Assembly: GCA_951406725.2 (NCBI GenBank)
Contig: OX597815.1
Coordinates: 97,402,001-97,466,000 of the forward strand
Source: Octopus vulgaris
Lineage: Eukaryota
Direction: 5' to 3'
DNA: 64,000 nt
Made by a program: the position numbers and the translations under genes. The notes under the pieces are model-generated. The model made no database searches. It saw only the letters and a program-made list of their open reading frames with translations, and was not told the DNA's origin. Shown one piece after another: positions 41,236 through 55,080 of this stretch (its first letter is position 1; each line of letters starts with the position of its first letter).

Positions 41236-44200
41236 TGCTTTCTATCCAGATCTTTTCTGGGATAAATGAAACCGGCTGTTTTGGGGGTAGTATAAGAGTT
41301 AATCAGGAAGAGAGTGTTACTTGAGGTCACTGCCCACACATACACTGTTACTTCACTTTTCAGCACTGCATTAATATATTTATTTTTGCTGCTGTTTTTA
41401 TCAGGTTTGCCTGAATGATACCATACGGCCTGCATACATGTATGTATGTATGTATGTATGTATGTATGTATGTATGTATGTATGTATCAAAGTGTAAAAT
41501 AAAGTGTAACCCTGATCATATGCTATTATATACAAGGTTTCGGAAACAACTTGTTTTCTTTCTGATTTCTTAAAAAACATCACTTACTATAAGAATCGCC
41601 ACACTTTTACTGACGTAAAACATAATACGAGTCGCGTTTGCAGTTATGGCGTACATTCAAAAGTTAAAATATGTTTAGTTAGGCTTCACAGCGGGTGAAG
41701 ATGAATCACCCAGTTCTGAATAAATGTGATCTCATGCTACGTTAAATACATAAATATTTCCATCAAACGTTGTAATGTATTTGGTCTTCTTCTGAGATAT
41801 ATTTCCTTTGCTCAGCGACCAACCTACTTTTTCTTCATTAGTTATTTATTATTTATTTCTGTATCTATTGTTTGTATCCACAAGGAAAGTTTTTTTATCG
41901 AAGAAAATTAATAATGATGTGTACGCCTTATTTGAAATGCTACAATTAACTCTTCCTATGGCAATAGTGCGTTTTCTATTCATGAATTTTCTTCTCTATA
42001 ATAAACTATCGTTTGTCTTTTCCCGATATTTCATGTACATTTCTCTTACCTTAATCGATTTCTTACTCTACATAATAGAATAAGTAATCTCATTCTTCTT
42101 TACATGTCGCGTATATGCGTCTATACTTACATGCATTTTTATTTATATATATACATACACACACACACACACACACACACATTTATATATATATATATAT
42201 ATATAAACATATAGTGTGTGTGTATTTGTATAAGTATGTGTAAGTATGTACTAAATATGTATAATAATATGTACTTTTCAATCGTATCGCATGGGTTACT
42301 GATCCACATGTTTCGATGCAGAAGTGAATATCTGTATTGAATAAGAAGCACATGATTAAGAACTAAAGCTATACTAAACGCTTATAAAATCAAATACATG
42401 CAAAATATATATAAGCGTACAAGAACAAGGCGGGTTGAGGATTGCAAACGCGGCTACAAATTATTTATAGTGTCTATGATCAAGTTACTAGATTCCGGAA
42501 AATATGAGGAAAGGTACTCTAAATAAACACGGTAGCAGATTAAATCCGCGTTGTCTTCCCCAGAAAGATTTAAGATGTCGCTACTAGAATTCAAATGCTT
42601 TATTTGACTGTGAAAACCAATCGTGAGATTTTGGAGTAATATATCTACCTCCAGAAACGTCTTGCCAGCAGGCTGTATAAGACTTCTAGCTGTATGCTAT
42701 AATATACTATTATATATAGTTCTTCAGGCTTCCTTCCTTATGATTCAGAGTATACATTCATTAATCGTAAGACATAATAACTCTTATCATTACTAGATGA
42801 TAAGCGCACTTATATACACTATTTGCATACACTAATTATTATACACTAATTATTATACACTATTATAACATACTAATTTTAAAGATATGCTTATGTGTGA
42901 TGGGAGAGGTTACTGTGCCTGTATTCCGCCATGCATACGTATAGGTACGTTTATATAATTAAATGCAACATATTTACAATGAATGCATATTTTAAGAAAT
43001 AAATCGGCGAGATACATTACTTCGAAAACAAAAATGTCTTCAATGCAATATATCATATTATATAGAAAATTTGAAGTTATAAGTTATCTACAAGTTTCAA
43101 GCACAGTGCAAGGGTACGTTACACAATTGAGCATGCAGAGTGGTATCGATAAATATAGGGAATATTTATACCTATACAGTGAAGAAATATACTATGTTTC
43201 ATTAAGAACTATGTATTAATATAAGTAACCAAGGCATTTAGTGAAATAGCAAAATCCTTATAAGGAAGAAAAAATGCTTATGTGTGATGGGAGAGGTTAC
43301 TTTTTAAATACCAAGACCAAAAATCCTTTCTTTAAACATTTCGGTGGCGATAAAAAGAGGTATCATTCACATACTGGTGCAGATGCAATCAAGTTTAACC
43401 CATTACAAATTTATGACTTCGCTCCAATTTCAGATATGAATATTTAATCACAATCGGAGTAGTTTATTCTATAATTGCTAGTCATGGAGAAAATGTTTTC
43501 AGATATTTAGTTGCACTACTATATGAGTGGACTTCAAATCCCATACGTGCTTGAATTCCTTCGTCATTCTTCATAGAACAATTACCTACGAGCTGATTAG
43601 TAATAGGGATCGATGTCTCGACCTAAACCCACTTTGAAAGAATGCTTCCATCTACCTCAGTTAGGGACCAGAGTGTAACATATTACATCATTTAATGGGA
43701 AGATTCTTGACTTCATTAGAAATATGCAAAACACCTGTCATGATGACATTATGCCTAGACTACAAAAATACGCTTCGAAATATTTTTTTTACATGAAGCA
43801 CATTTTGAAAAGCGTATCCTACGAAACTATAGCTAGTGGTTTGGAGATACAACTTTTAAAATAACTGGAAAATAAACCCCTTAACAGATCCTACGCTCTT
43901 AAAATACAAGTCACACATAAATTAAAGTAACATGATACAAATTGAAATATAAATGCTTAAGACTGAAATAGATTTGAACAAATTGTATACTTCTTCATGA
44001 TGACAAAAGGGCTGGAAAGCAAAAAAGAAAATCACTCAGATATCTTTCTATCACGAGTATATGCGTTTGTGATGACATGTTTTTTTGAAAATTAGTGTCC
44101 TCGTGTTGCTGCACCGTATGAACATCATTTAGCAAGGTATTAATTCAAAGGCGTCCCACACTAGAGTACAGCGTATTTTCAGGCATTACATTACCAAAGG

Positions 44201-45399
44201 GAAAGATACATTAGATATGTCACATTTGTATTATAATAAACCTGGTGCACTGAAAGATACAGAACACAGCAAAATATGACAATAAAATACACTAAAATAT
44301 CAATAGTTAGAATCAGAAAGATTATACGAAATGATGCCAATATATAGGAACAGTATAGATCATAAACAACGTATTACTATGTAGCCACGAGAGAGTATAT
44401 CGAATTGTCTAGTTAAGTCCTATATTCTAATCAAAAAAGTGTTATAAATTTCACTTTGTCAGATGGTATGCTCCTAGCAATGCTCAAATTACGTTTGTGG
44501 ATGACAACTTCTAAACTGCAGACTATTAAGTTGAAGGATAAAGGTAATGTTAATAAAAATGTTAAATGTTAAATGTTAAATAATCTATCTGTGTGTGTGT
44601 GTGTGTGTGTGCGAGTACTTGCACACACGTGTACTATTATATTAGACTAAAGTGGGAAAAGATTCGCAAACAAATACTTAGTTTCAAGTTACCGTTCATC
44701 AGAATGTTGTGATCATGATAATAAAGATTATTAAAGAAACGTTTAGAAGCTGTGGATACCTTTGCAACTACTATTTTTATATACGGTGTACAGTAAAGAT
44801 TCAACGTAACGTGCATACATACATGCATACATACAAATCCCATTTATGAGCATGTCTAAATATGTACATATGCATACATACAAACAAACAAAAATACCTT
44901 GGTGTTGATGTTGAAATTCAACCTCAATCTAGGTTGGAAACCGGCACTTTTTCTATTGGCAAGAAACCTTGAAATAAAACTGAACGATGACACATACATA
45001 CTAGGATAGGTTTTTATTTTCACGCAATCTTTTGGAAAATTATGTGAATTTGCGCATAAGGAAAATTTATTTAGAATTACATTATTGGTTTCACATATTT
45101 TTTTTTTCCGTGTAGTGTAATACGGAGAGACTTGGTGCTATACCCTGTTTGTCTGACCAAAGATTTCAGTTGCTGCCCATGATATTCGGTTTATGTAGCA
45201 GTTCTTCAGAAGTGATCGATAGCACTAGCTTTTTAAAGCTGGCTGACTTGCATTAATTTTGTTGAACAGTGTTGAATAAAATTGATTGATTAGTAGCCAC
45301 ATGACGTCAGCAAATCAATTTCTTTTACTGGTTTCAGGCCGTGAGCTGCGACTATTCTGGGGCACCACCGTTATCTTTGCTAAACTTGCACTACTTGAT

Positions 45400-46440
45400 A
45401 TGTGGCATTTAGTGAATTAGCGAGTCTGATGTTGCTGCTTTCAGTTGCGTTTCTTGCTGCAAGATATATTCATTTGAAACTCTTGTCAGGAGTAGATCCA
45501 GATTTGTTTTGAAGATACCTGCATCAACTTGATGTCGGTCTCTCAAAATTTTCGGGGTGGTATTGAAGAGCTGTGGGCACTTGAAACTCAAGCTGTTGCC
45601 GAATCTTACCCTGTATTCTGCTGGCAATGTTGGAATTTTTGACAATATGCAGTGGCGCCCCGTTCTGCTGTTTGTTTAACTTTCAATGCCAAAGTTTGGT
45701 ACATGTCATTCCAGAATCTTCCAGATGTATCTCACTGCATATCTTTCATGCCTTAGTTTTGGGGAGTAGAATTTTAACATTTTCAGTCTCTCCCAGTTGC
45801 TGACATGTTCCATTGTGACGACCTTCTTTGTGTAGATTCACTAAATTGCTTCGACTTCCGCCTTAATTTTACCCTGTGAGGTAACCATAGTTGTAGTCTA
45901 AATGGATGATGACATACGTCCTCCAGAGGACCAACATGGTTTCCTGTTCTCCCGTGCTGACAGTTCTAAAAATACATCCGACCACCCGTTCGTGTTATTG
46001 CCAAGTCAGTAATATTCACCTGGAAAAATGCACCGCTAATCATGTTAATGTCCAAGTTGCTCCCTGGTTTTGATTCTAGGATTGAAATCCTCCATGGGCT
46101 AGTGTACTCTGTCTTTGTTTCATTTAGCCTCGTGTGCTGGTAGCGCAGGGCTTGGGAATTTTCAACATTACACTGTAAAGTTATTGTTTTCAGCCCACCT
46201 GTTTATTACATCTAAATCCTGTTGCTTGTGCCCGACATCTCTGGCGTTCTGTACACTCTGGGAGACTTTTGTATCATCTGCATAGCTACCAAGGGTGACT
46301 ATCTGCGAAGCTGAAGGCATGTCTGAGAGGGCCACTCATGAATAGCAGTAACTTTAAAACATTGTAGGACACTACTCATTATTTACGTTTCCTTGTAGGT
46401 AGCTTCGTTGGTTATTACTACATAATATGTATCTTTTAGA
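45400..46440 (-). mobile_element. CR1/L2-group LINE 3' fragment
   Basis: Minus strand gives SYADDTKV (RT catalytic motif, about 46265-46290), QQDLD.I.RWAENN, ERY...YIWKILE and NSLSFKCPQLFN..PK.LRD....FKT.LD.LL. Confidence 0.85.
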
Positions 46441-46835
46441 TGGTTGTGTTCCACATTTAGGGATTCTACTTGTTTATTTTTTACTGACACTAATTAGTTT
46501 GCTGACACTAATTAGCTTGCTGTTAGTTAATAATTATAAATTATGAAAGATTTCACAACTGCCTTCGTGGCATTTAATTGGTCAACATTCTACTGTCGCA
46601 AGTCGCTCACTTGATATGTTTGTTCTAAGAAGGCTGATACCAGTACTTGATTTCGAAGGAACGTTTGTTGTTAATAAAAGATATCTTCACGATTGTTTCC
46701 AATTTAGAATCAGCAGATAAACTTCAATTATGCTAAACATTTATCAAACATGTTTGATAAAGGAAAAAGAAATTAGCAATGCTTTATACATAAGTATACG
46801 AGTATGTATGTAATATATATATATATATACCCAAA

Positions 46836-47164
46836 CGAGTGAATCATGTAAAATCCAGGCTACGTATGTTTCCTAGGCAGCAGATCCGCTGAATTTATAA
46901 TTACTCAACGTGGGGTACCTGCTCTATTAGCTACTCATCGGGTAGACGATGCTTTAAGCATATGAAGGTTACAATATCATTTGGGAATCCCAAGCTAATT
47001 CACCGTAAATGTAATTTGAAATGTCATTTCAAGTAAACTTCATGTTATTAAATTATCCTTTGCTTGATGAGCAACTAGCTGGGTACCCCTGGTTATGTAA
47101 CTATTTCATTAGTGTATCAGTTAACTAGAAATCATACGTAGCCTCGATATTACCTGCTCCGCTC
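46836..47164. repeat. ~330-bp imperfect hairpin element after (TA)n
   Basis: Complementary blocks aggctacgtatg/catacgtagcct, ggggtacc/ggtacccc, ctcatc/gatgag and atgaag.ttac/gtaa.cttcat. Confidence 0.75.
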
Positions 47165-47339
47165 CTTCAATTTTGATTTTTATTCGAATTCTTAGCAACT
47201 CCAGTTGCTAACCGCGATCTATACAGAAATTTTCAGCGTACCGAATTTCTTCGTAACTTCGATGTAGGAAAAACTATGTAACATTCGAGTCGAGTAAATG
47301 CTCATTGTTCTGAACGTACACGGTCCAATTTTTGTTCTG

Positions 47340-47400
47340 TATACCTGTCATGAACTGCTTGAAGTTTACAATCTCTCTACACTTGCATCCTTTGATCTAT

Positions 47401-47476
<76 letters not shown>

Positions 47477-47477
47477 A

Positions 47478-47517
<40 letters not shown>

Positions 47518-47663
47518 GTTCTATCTATCTATCTAGCTATCTATCTGTCTGTCTGTCTGTCTTTCTATGTATCTATACGGATGGATGTATATATATACAT
47601 CCATCCGTATAGATAGATAGAAAGACAGACAGACAGACAGATAGATAGCTAGATAGATAGAAC

Positions 47664-47694
<31 letters not shown>

Positions 47695-47744
47695 CAAAGA
47701 ATGCAAGTGTAGAGAGATTGTAAACTTCAAGCAGTTCATGACAG

Positions 47745-47749
<5 letters not shown>
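47340..47749. repeat. Near-perfect spacerless palindrome centred on (TA)5
   Basis: tatacctgtcatgaactgcttgaagtttacaatctctctacacttgca...(ATCT)n...cggatggatg TATATATATA catccatccg...(AGAT)n...tgcaagtgtagagagattgtaaacttcaagcagttcatgacaggtata. Confidence 0.95.
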
Positions 47750-47790
<41 letters not shown>

Positions 47791-49509
47791 ATAAGAAAAT
47801 CAAAAACAAGAAAAGCAACAAAGCTCCAAGCAAGCTTTACAGTAAAAATTGTTACGTAGGTTGTCGCTCAGAGAAAGAAAAACAAGGAGTGTAAAATTTA
47901 CAAAGGATCTATAAATATATATACCTATATCTTTATATATACACCCTCATTGGAGGATTCGAATTGTTAATGAGACGCTCGACACTATAGTTTATCTCTT
48001 GCTCAACACTTATTTATCATATTTGCGTTGAAGTATGCTGAGTTTGTTTGAATTAATTTCGAAATTTATGATGAATTAAATAAAATATCATTCTCATTAT
48101 AAAGCTGGTGTTTGACACATAAATCATCATGAAATTTTAATATATGGTTTTAATTTAGATCATTCTAATGCACGAAGTTAGTATCACAGAACCAAAGGCT
48201 GTTTCAGACGGATGCATATCAAAAGGGTTAATAGATTTTTGGTTTCACAAAATCAAATCACGAAATAAATTTTGTTGGAATGAATTATCTTTTGTCTTAA
48301 CTTGGAGACGGTATTTCGAGTGAGTCTCTAAAAGTTCTATATTTCACATGAACTCTGACATGTTCGTTTTCGCTGAAATATCTTTTTGCGGATGAATGTT
48401 TGCAATAAATTGGTCACTTAAAATATTGAAGCAGACAGTAATAATTCCCGAAATTCCAAAATGTGAATTTCATGCTGCATCTCAATAAATCTTTAATATT
48501 AAAAAGTAACAAATATAAAAACATTCATATTTACGCTCTTGCCGGCCGATAGACATTTATCGAGAATGTCCGTATAGATGGCAAAAAGATTACCTAACAC
48601 ATGCTGGAGATCTTATTCGTTTGAAACTGCTTATTTATTCAGTCGTTTCACATTCTTTCTTTGCTACTAGAAACTCGAATTCTCATGACATTTACAATAT
48701 GAACAACAAATCTGTAAAGATATAGTGTTTCACTTTCAAACAATACAGCGGACGTAAAACTTACAGATGACATGTTTATCCTTATGTCTTAAATACGTAA
48801 GCAGAAGTTCCTGTAGCCTGTAGGAACATTAACTGAGGAGGTCATGGAATTAATTCTCCAGTAAGTACAAGGTTTTATCTCCATAATATCGTTAAAATAC
48901 AAGTGTTAACATAAGGAATGATATCTCTAAATTTAAGTTCTTCCAGAGGAACAACGTAATAGGTTGAATATGTATGGAGAAAACATCAATAAAAGGTATA
49001 ATAATTTTCCATAGATGCGAGAGAATTTAAAATTCTACTAATAAACAAAATCTCACGTTGTAATCCTGACCTATTTACGTGAGCAATATACTACTCCTAT
49101 TTTAATCCAAGTCAAATAACACTGACTGACATGAATGACACTATTTTCAAGCTTTAACTGTAGCAGTTTCAATATGTGACGAACCATGCATTTACATATA
49201 TTCTAGTTGTTACTGATATTTCAAAAATACTTCAACTATACATGATTACCTGCGAAGGATGGCATCAAATTCGTTCCTAAATATGGATGTATCACTAAGT
49301 TGTAATGGAGAGCGGGTAAGCTCTTTTCTGTTCTTGTGTCTTAGATTTTACAGATAGGGATACAAAAAAGTTAGCAAAAAGAAAACAAATCTACGTTATT
49401 TTAAAAAGAACGGAGGAAGCGTTAATAGAACATAAAATACTTAGGTACATCTGACAGATAAAAACGAAAACCATGAAAAAGCAAAATAGTTTTAAATACA
49501 CAATAATTA

Positions 49510-49718
49510 TTCTTTTCTACTCTAGACACAAGGCACGAACTTTTGGGGGAGGGGGAGTCGATTAGATCGATCCCAGTAGGCAACTGTTACTTATTTTGTC
49601 GACTCCGAAAGGATGAAAGGCAAAGACGACTTCGGCGGAATTTGAACACAGAACGTAACGACAGACGAAATAACGCTAGGCATTTCGCCCGGCGTGTTAA
49701 TGTTTCTGCCAGCTCGGT
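49510..49718 (-). mobile_element. SINE, same family
   Basis: tacttattttgtcgactccgaaaggatgaaaggcaaagacgacttcggcggaatttgaac...tctgccagctcg. Confidence 0.82.
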
Positions 49719-50999
49719 GCTTTAAATACGCAATAATTATTGATAAATGCACTTCCCTAGTCAAAAACTGAATGTATCGGGTTAAAATATGTTCTGCTCC
49801 AAAATGTTCCAATTTGTTACTTTAAACTGACTTTGACAGCATTCATTTAAAATTCAGTTGTATATAACAACGGTGACAGAAATGTTGGCTTGTGTCGTGG
49901 TTATAGAGTTATTTTGGGGAATGTGAGTGCTGTACCGAAAGTATTTGTGATGCTATATGGTACTTGAAGACAACCAAACATTATGAAATCTCTATTGTTC
50001 ACAATTTTCGTTAACACACTTGACTGCATGATGTACACTATAAAGGCGGCGGATTTTAAACCGCTACTTATCTTTAGAGAAAAGGCAAATTAACTGTGTA
50101 TCATTTTATAAAGGTATCCAAAAGTGGAATTATTACTTTAAAATGGGCATCTCGGAGATTAGAAGCGCTTTTAACAGTCTTGTGCAAACCACTTTAAGTT
50201 AAAATCCAATTCGCTAAGCAGATAAGTAGCGAAAGAAATCTGCTTTACCATGGACTCACCGGGCATTTTAACTGGTCGAATTTATTACGTATCTCGGATA
50301 AACGCGTCACCCACAAAACCAGAAGACATGTTCTGTGAGCTGAAAATCCGATTTTAATGAATAGGTTTATTCACTCTTGAGTGGGGTTACTTTATTTACT
50401 CTACATTTGTCAATACCTTAACGCTTCAACACGCTGGTGCGTTATGGGCTCTAAGGAAATTATGCTCAGGAAATTATGTTATGGACAGTGAATTCACTCA
50501 CTATTTAAAAGTGATTAGATTTATAATTCTCGGTTTATTTTCTAATTTTGGCATAAAGATAGCAATTTTGAAGGTGAGCTACTTGTCGCGCTCCCTCAAA
50601 GTGATCACTAGTACTTACTGCGGGAAATATTACTACCTTGCCAATACTTATTTTCTTGGGAGATCACAGTCTCAATAGCTACGAGGAAAACATATATTAT
50701 GATGTACTTAAAGCTGAAACACTGGTCATGGGACTGAAAGTATTTCTTTTTAGACAACATGAAACTGGTGCCAATATTAGAGTAATGAACGAAATTCTAC
50801 TGGGATTGAATTTGCCATTCATCTTTTCATTATCGATAAAAGAAGTACCAGGTGAACACGCGTCAATTTTCATTGTCTTACACCTTCCCCGAAATTGCAG
50901 GCCTTGAGCCAAAATTTGAAGCCTATACGAGAGCAAAGAATAAATATTTTTTCTTAACTCTTCTAGATTCAGACATATTTTTTTACTTTGGCGCCATAA

Positions 51000-51905
51000 A
51001 CAAACAGCATTCGATTAAACTTTTCCTGCAATCGGACACACTGAAGCAATGGATCACGGACTGACAACTCAAGCTGGCTGTGGACAAGTGTACAACCATG
51101 CAATTTGGGAGGAAAAAACCCAGCATCCTAACATTCCCTCGACAGCTCTAATATCATGAAATCTTCTTGTGAACGTGACCTGGACAATTACTGTCAGCAG
51201 CGATTTGCTCTGGACAAAGCACATCTTTAAAATTTTCAAGAAGACCGAGGGTGTATATCATGGCATGACTCAACAAGACATTCGTCAGCTTCTCTCCAGC
51301 TATCTATTTAAAGCTGTATATGACTATGGTGCGACCACACTTGGTATTTACACCACCAGTCTAGTACCCTTTTCTTGTTCAGAACATTGAGCTCCTGGAA
51401 TCTATTCAGAGACGTGCAACGAAGCGAATACTCTCCATCAGGCATCTACCATACTCTGAGCGCCTTGAAACATTGAAGCTCCGGCGTTTGGAAAATAACT
51501 TGGTAAAAACACTCAGAAAATTATTAACCGTCATTCCAACAACCACCTTGAGCACCTTTTTGAATTTCATGTGACTAACACGCGTGGGTTTGCTTACCAA
51601 GTCAGAAAACATAACAGCTCCCGTAACTTTCATAAACATTCTTTCAAACTCAAACTTGCTGAAGCATGGAACAAACTACCTGCATCGGTTGTTAGCTGCC
51701 GAGACATTCCAACCTTTAAGACGTCCATGCTTTCTGAAATTCACCAACACCACACTTGATATCCTCCACTCCATACGCATGCACATATGCATATCAAGAC
51801 TCATACACTGTTCATTTTCCTGACTTTTCAATCTACTATACATGCATCTTTGATAAGTTGAAGTGCATCTGAGCACTATACACTATAATTTTATTGTAAT
51901 TATCA
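51000..51905 (+). mobile_element. CR1-type LINE 3' fragment
   Basis: Fragments LQSD.LKQW..D.QLKLAVDKC, ERDL, VRPHL, LESIQRRATKRI, LPYSERL, NTRG, AWNKLPASVV...FK are typical of the CR1 ORF2 C-terminus. Multiple frameshifts. Confidence 0.88.
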
Positions 51906-52402
51906 TTACATCTTAGATTTTCATAATACAGTTCTGCTTCATTCTCGTGATCATTTTCCATTTACCTCAATCCCGACAATGCTTTGCACACACACAAGCA
52001 CTCACGCACACACATATACACATGTACGCACGCACGCGCACACCCTCCTTTTCTTTCTCTTTTTTTTCTCTCTCTCTCTCTCTACTGTAATTGTCCTGCT
52101 CTAATAGTACAATAGTTAGCTGAGCATGTATATTTGGACTTGTACGTTCGTGCTATCTTCTTGCTACAGACCACAATATGGTTAATTTCTGGGAAAAAGT
52201 AAAGAACAACGCAAGTACAAAACGTTGATGAGATAAGGAAACGAGGTAAAAAGCGTAGAGGTTATATAAGAGTCGCATCTCTTCCATGTGTTAGATTAAA
52301 ATAAACACTGGTTGATGTGGTTAATTGGACGGGATTTGTGAGACTGCATACTTGAGTCGAAAAGTATGACATTTGAAATGTCTGAGCGGACTGAGGTGAC
52401 AT

Positions 52403-53392
52403 TTGAGATATCTCGATGACTGCTTCATCTTTTGGAACCGATCAGAAGAAGATCTATAATCATTCCACAACATCCTCAACATACTGCACCCGTCTATCAA
52501 CTTCACGATAGATATCAGCCACAACGAACTTCCCTTCCTAGACATCAACACCAAGATACACAACTCCATCGTCACAACAGACATCTACTACAAAAAAACT
52601 GACACGCACCAATATTTAAATTTCTACGCCTGCCACCCATCCCACATAAAAAGAAACATCCCATATAGTATGGCAAGACGCATATGCAGCATAGTAACCG
52701 ACTCACAAACACGCCAAATAAGAATAAATGAACTTAAAATCTTCCTACTAGAACAAAAATACCCACTCAAATAAATAAGAAATGGAATCTCAAGAGCAAT
52801 GAAACTGGACATCACCCAACTCAGAACTCCAAAAACGAAAAACAAAGAAAGCATCATCCCTGGAATTACCAACATGTTTCAAATCATACATTCAAACTCA
52901 TCAATAGTCCTACAAAGCCCCGAAATAGAAAACATATTAAACAAATATTGCATAAAAAACAGTAAACGCCAAGACAAAAACTTCTTTGTAAAAGAGTGTG
53001 GAGATGGTAGATGTGGGATCTGCAGTAACCCCACCTACAAATATCTAGAGGTAGACAAACAAATAAAATTTAAGACTGGTCACATATTCAAAGTAAATGT
53101 AGACATGAACTGCAAGACGCAGGACGTAATATACTGCATAACCTGCCCCACATCCAAGGAGTATTATATACGCGAAAGTGGAAATTCTTTATGCCAACGA
53201 GCCAGAATTCACTGACAACATGTCCGACAGGAGGAACTGCGAAATATCCCACTGAGTAAATACTTAGATACATGTGGAGAAAGAAAATTTAAGATCTTTT
53301 CCTTCTATAAATGCCCAAGGAATGACACCTCCTTCAGGAAAAATATTCACAAATACATCATAACAAAGTTCTCCCACAAACTGAATGGCTGA
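52403..53392 (+). mobile_element. 5'-truncated Penelope-like retroelement relic (RT C-terminal part + GIY-YIG endonuclease), Neptune-like
   Basis: One frame with a few stops: LRYLDDCFIFW, HPSINFT, LPFLDI, TDIYYKKTDTHQYL, CHPSHIKRNIPYS, a Cys linker (CGDGRCGIC), then VIYCITC..KEYYIRES..L.QR..H and a terminal KLNG*. The Cys linker between RT and EN is typical of the Neptune group. Confidence 0.92.
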
Positions 53393-53769
53393 AAATATTC
53401 ATTTAATAATTTGTACTAGATGAAGGACCAATTTCGTAAAGTAAATTGTATTAAACATACACACACATAATACTATACATATGTGCATATACATAAATAA
53501 AAACAATCTTACATCCACAGTTTCCAACCCATTGCGGCATAGGAATCAAACATTTTATTGAAAGAACTGAACAGCGGTATGAATGTCAACACAATAATTT
53601 CTTCTTCCTATCCTCCTTCTTTCCTCCCTTCTCCTTTCAGATACACAGGCACCCACATACACACTCTCAAAAGACAATGATAAAAAGAAATCTAGACAAG
53701 TTTTTGAAAAATAACATTTACCCCCCTTGGAGTGGTCATGTGGGTTTGCCATTTCTAAAAGCCAAGAAT

Positions 53770-55080
53770 CACTTCCTATTGTTAAATCGTTGGTTTTACT
53801 ATACATAGAAGCTGCTTCACTGTAGCCATTGGTAAACACTTCCATTGTTTCAGCCGAAAAAAAGGGTGGTTCCACTGTTTCTTCTGCCGACAGGATCTGC
53901 ACGGATAGCCGTAAAATTCTTCACTCTCACTTCAGCTTCCAAGTAGAGATTATTGAGATGGATCTCTGTCAGGGCGAAGAAAAGCATATGGTTGTGATGG
54001 TCATTAACTTAGTCATCAATAAATTGTATTTTCCATTTTGGAACATTGGTGGAAGGGCTGATACCTTGTGCATTGAGCAAAAATGTTGAGGCGATAGTAG
54101 TGACTGATTTTGACTGTCTTGGTGATTTGCTTGTTAATGGCAGCAATGGAAGTTTGTGCAATAGGATGGTGGTGGCGGTGGCATTGCGTGATGGTTAGAA
54201 TGCTCTTTTGTAGCTCTTTTGCCAGATTCATTATGGATAAAAAAGAGTTCTGTTAGGGGAACTGAAACTGTTTGTGGTTGTGGGGTGTGTATTTTTTTTT
54301 GTGCGACAAGTCCCCGGGAGATAGATAAAGGGACAATTATGCTATATACATAATCCGTCACGTTGGAAATAGCGGCAGATTTCAAGGATCAGTGTAACAT
54401 GAGTGGGTTTTTTAAAATTTGATTTAGTATTTAGTGGTGGTGGTGGCGGCGGCGTCGGCGGCGACGGAGGTGGTGGCGGCAGCGTTGTTTTAGATTGTGT
54501 ACTTTGGTGGTAGTGGCTGTTATGAGTATGAATTGAGCTTCTAGTCCCTGGTAAATGAGTGAATTTCCAATCAGTGTCAGTGCACAACCACTTGCGTATT
54601 GAATACCGACATGTTTTGGGGTTTCGTGTGCAGGCTGTGAAAGGCATAGATTTTAATTTGTGTACATGTGTGTTTGGCTGATTCATTAAGGGGTCTTCGA
54701 GTAGGCATTTAATTGGTTGATCACAAATTGGGATGGTAGTAGGTTGAAGCTGTGTCTGTTGATGTTTTTGAGGTGGTTGCTGTATCTGTAACTTTTGATG
54801 CTGTTGTTGTGATTCTTGTTGTTGTAATTGTTGCTGCTGTTGAAGATTTGAGGAGTGGGTAACAAACTCTGGCTCAATGGGCTGTGAACAGCTGGGATCT
54901 GCGAACTTGACCGCTTCATTAAGTAGGTCATCAGTTGTGGTTGAATTCAGGAGTGTTAAAGATTTAGGCTGGGTCAGGTGTTCCAGCTGTGATAGTTGTT
55001 GTTGCTGTCGTGGTGGTTGCTGTTGTTGTTTTTGAAGTGATCATCGATGTTGCTGGGATTGTTGTTGAACGGTATTTGAA
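53770..55080 (-). mobile_element. 5' part of an APE-type non-LTR retrotransposon: Q/P-rich region with two CCCH-like fingers, then the APE endonuclease N-terminus (decayed)
   Basis: One minus frame gives a poly-Q tract, CRYSIRKWLCTDTDWKFTHLPG (54611-54555), poly-P, CRYFQRDGLCI*HNCPFIYLPG (54377-54321), then LLNAQG..K.K...FFALTEIHL...EAEV.VKNFTAIRAD..GR..G, which are APE motifs. Confidence 0.75.
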
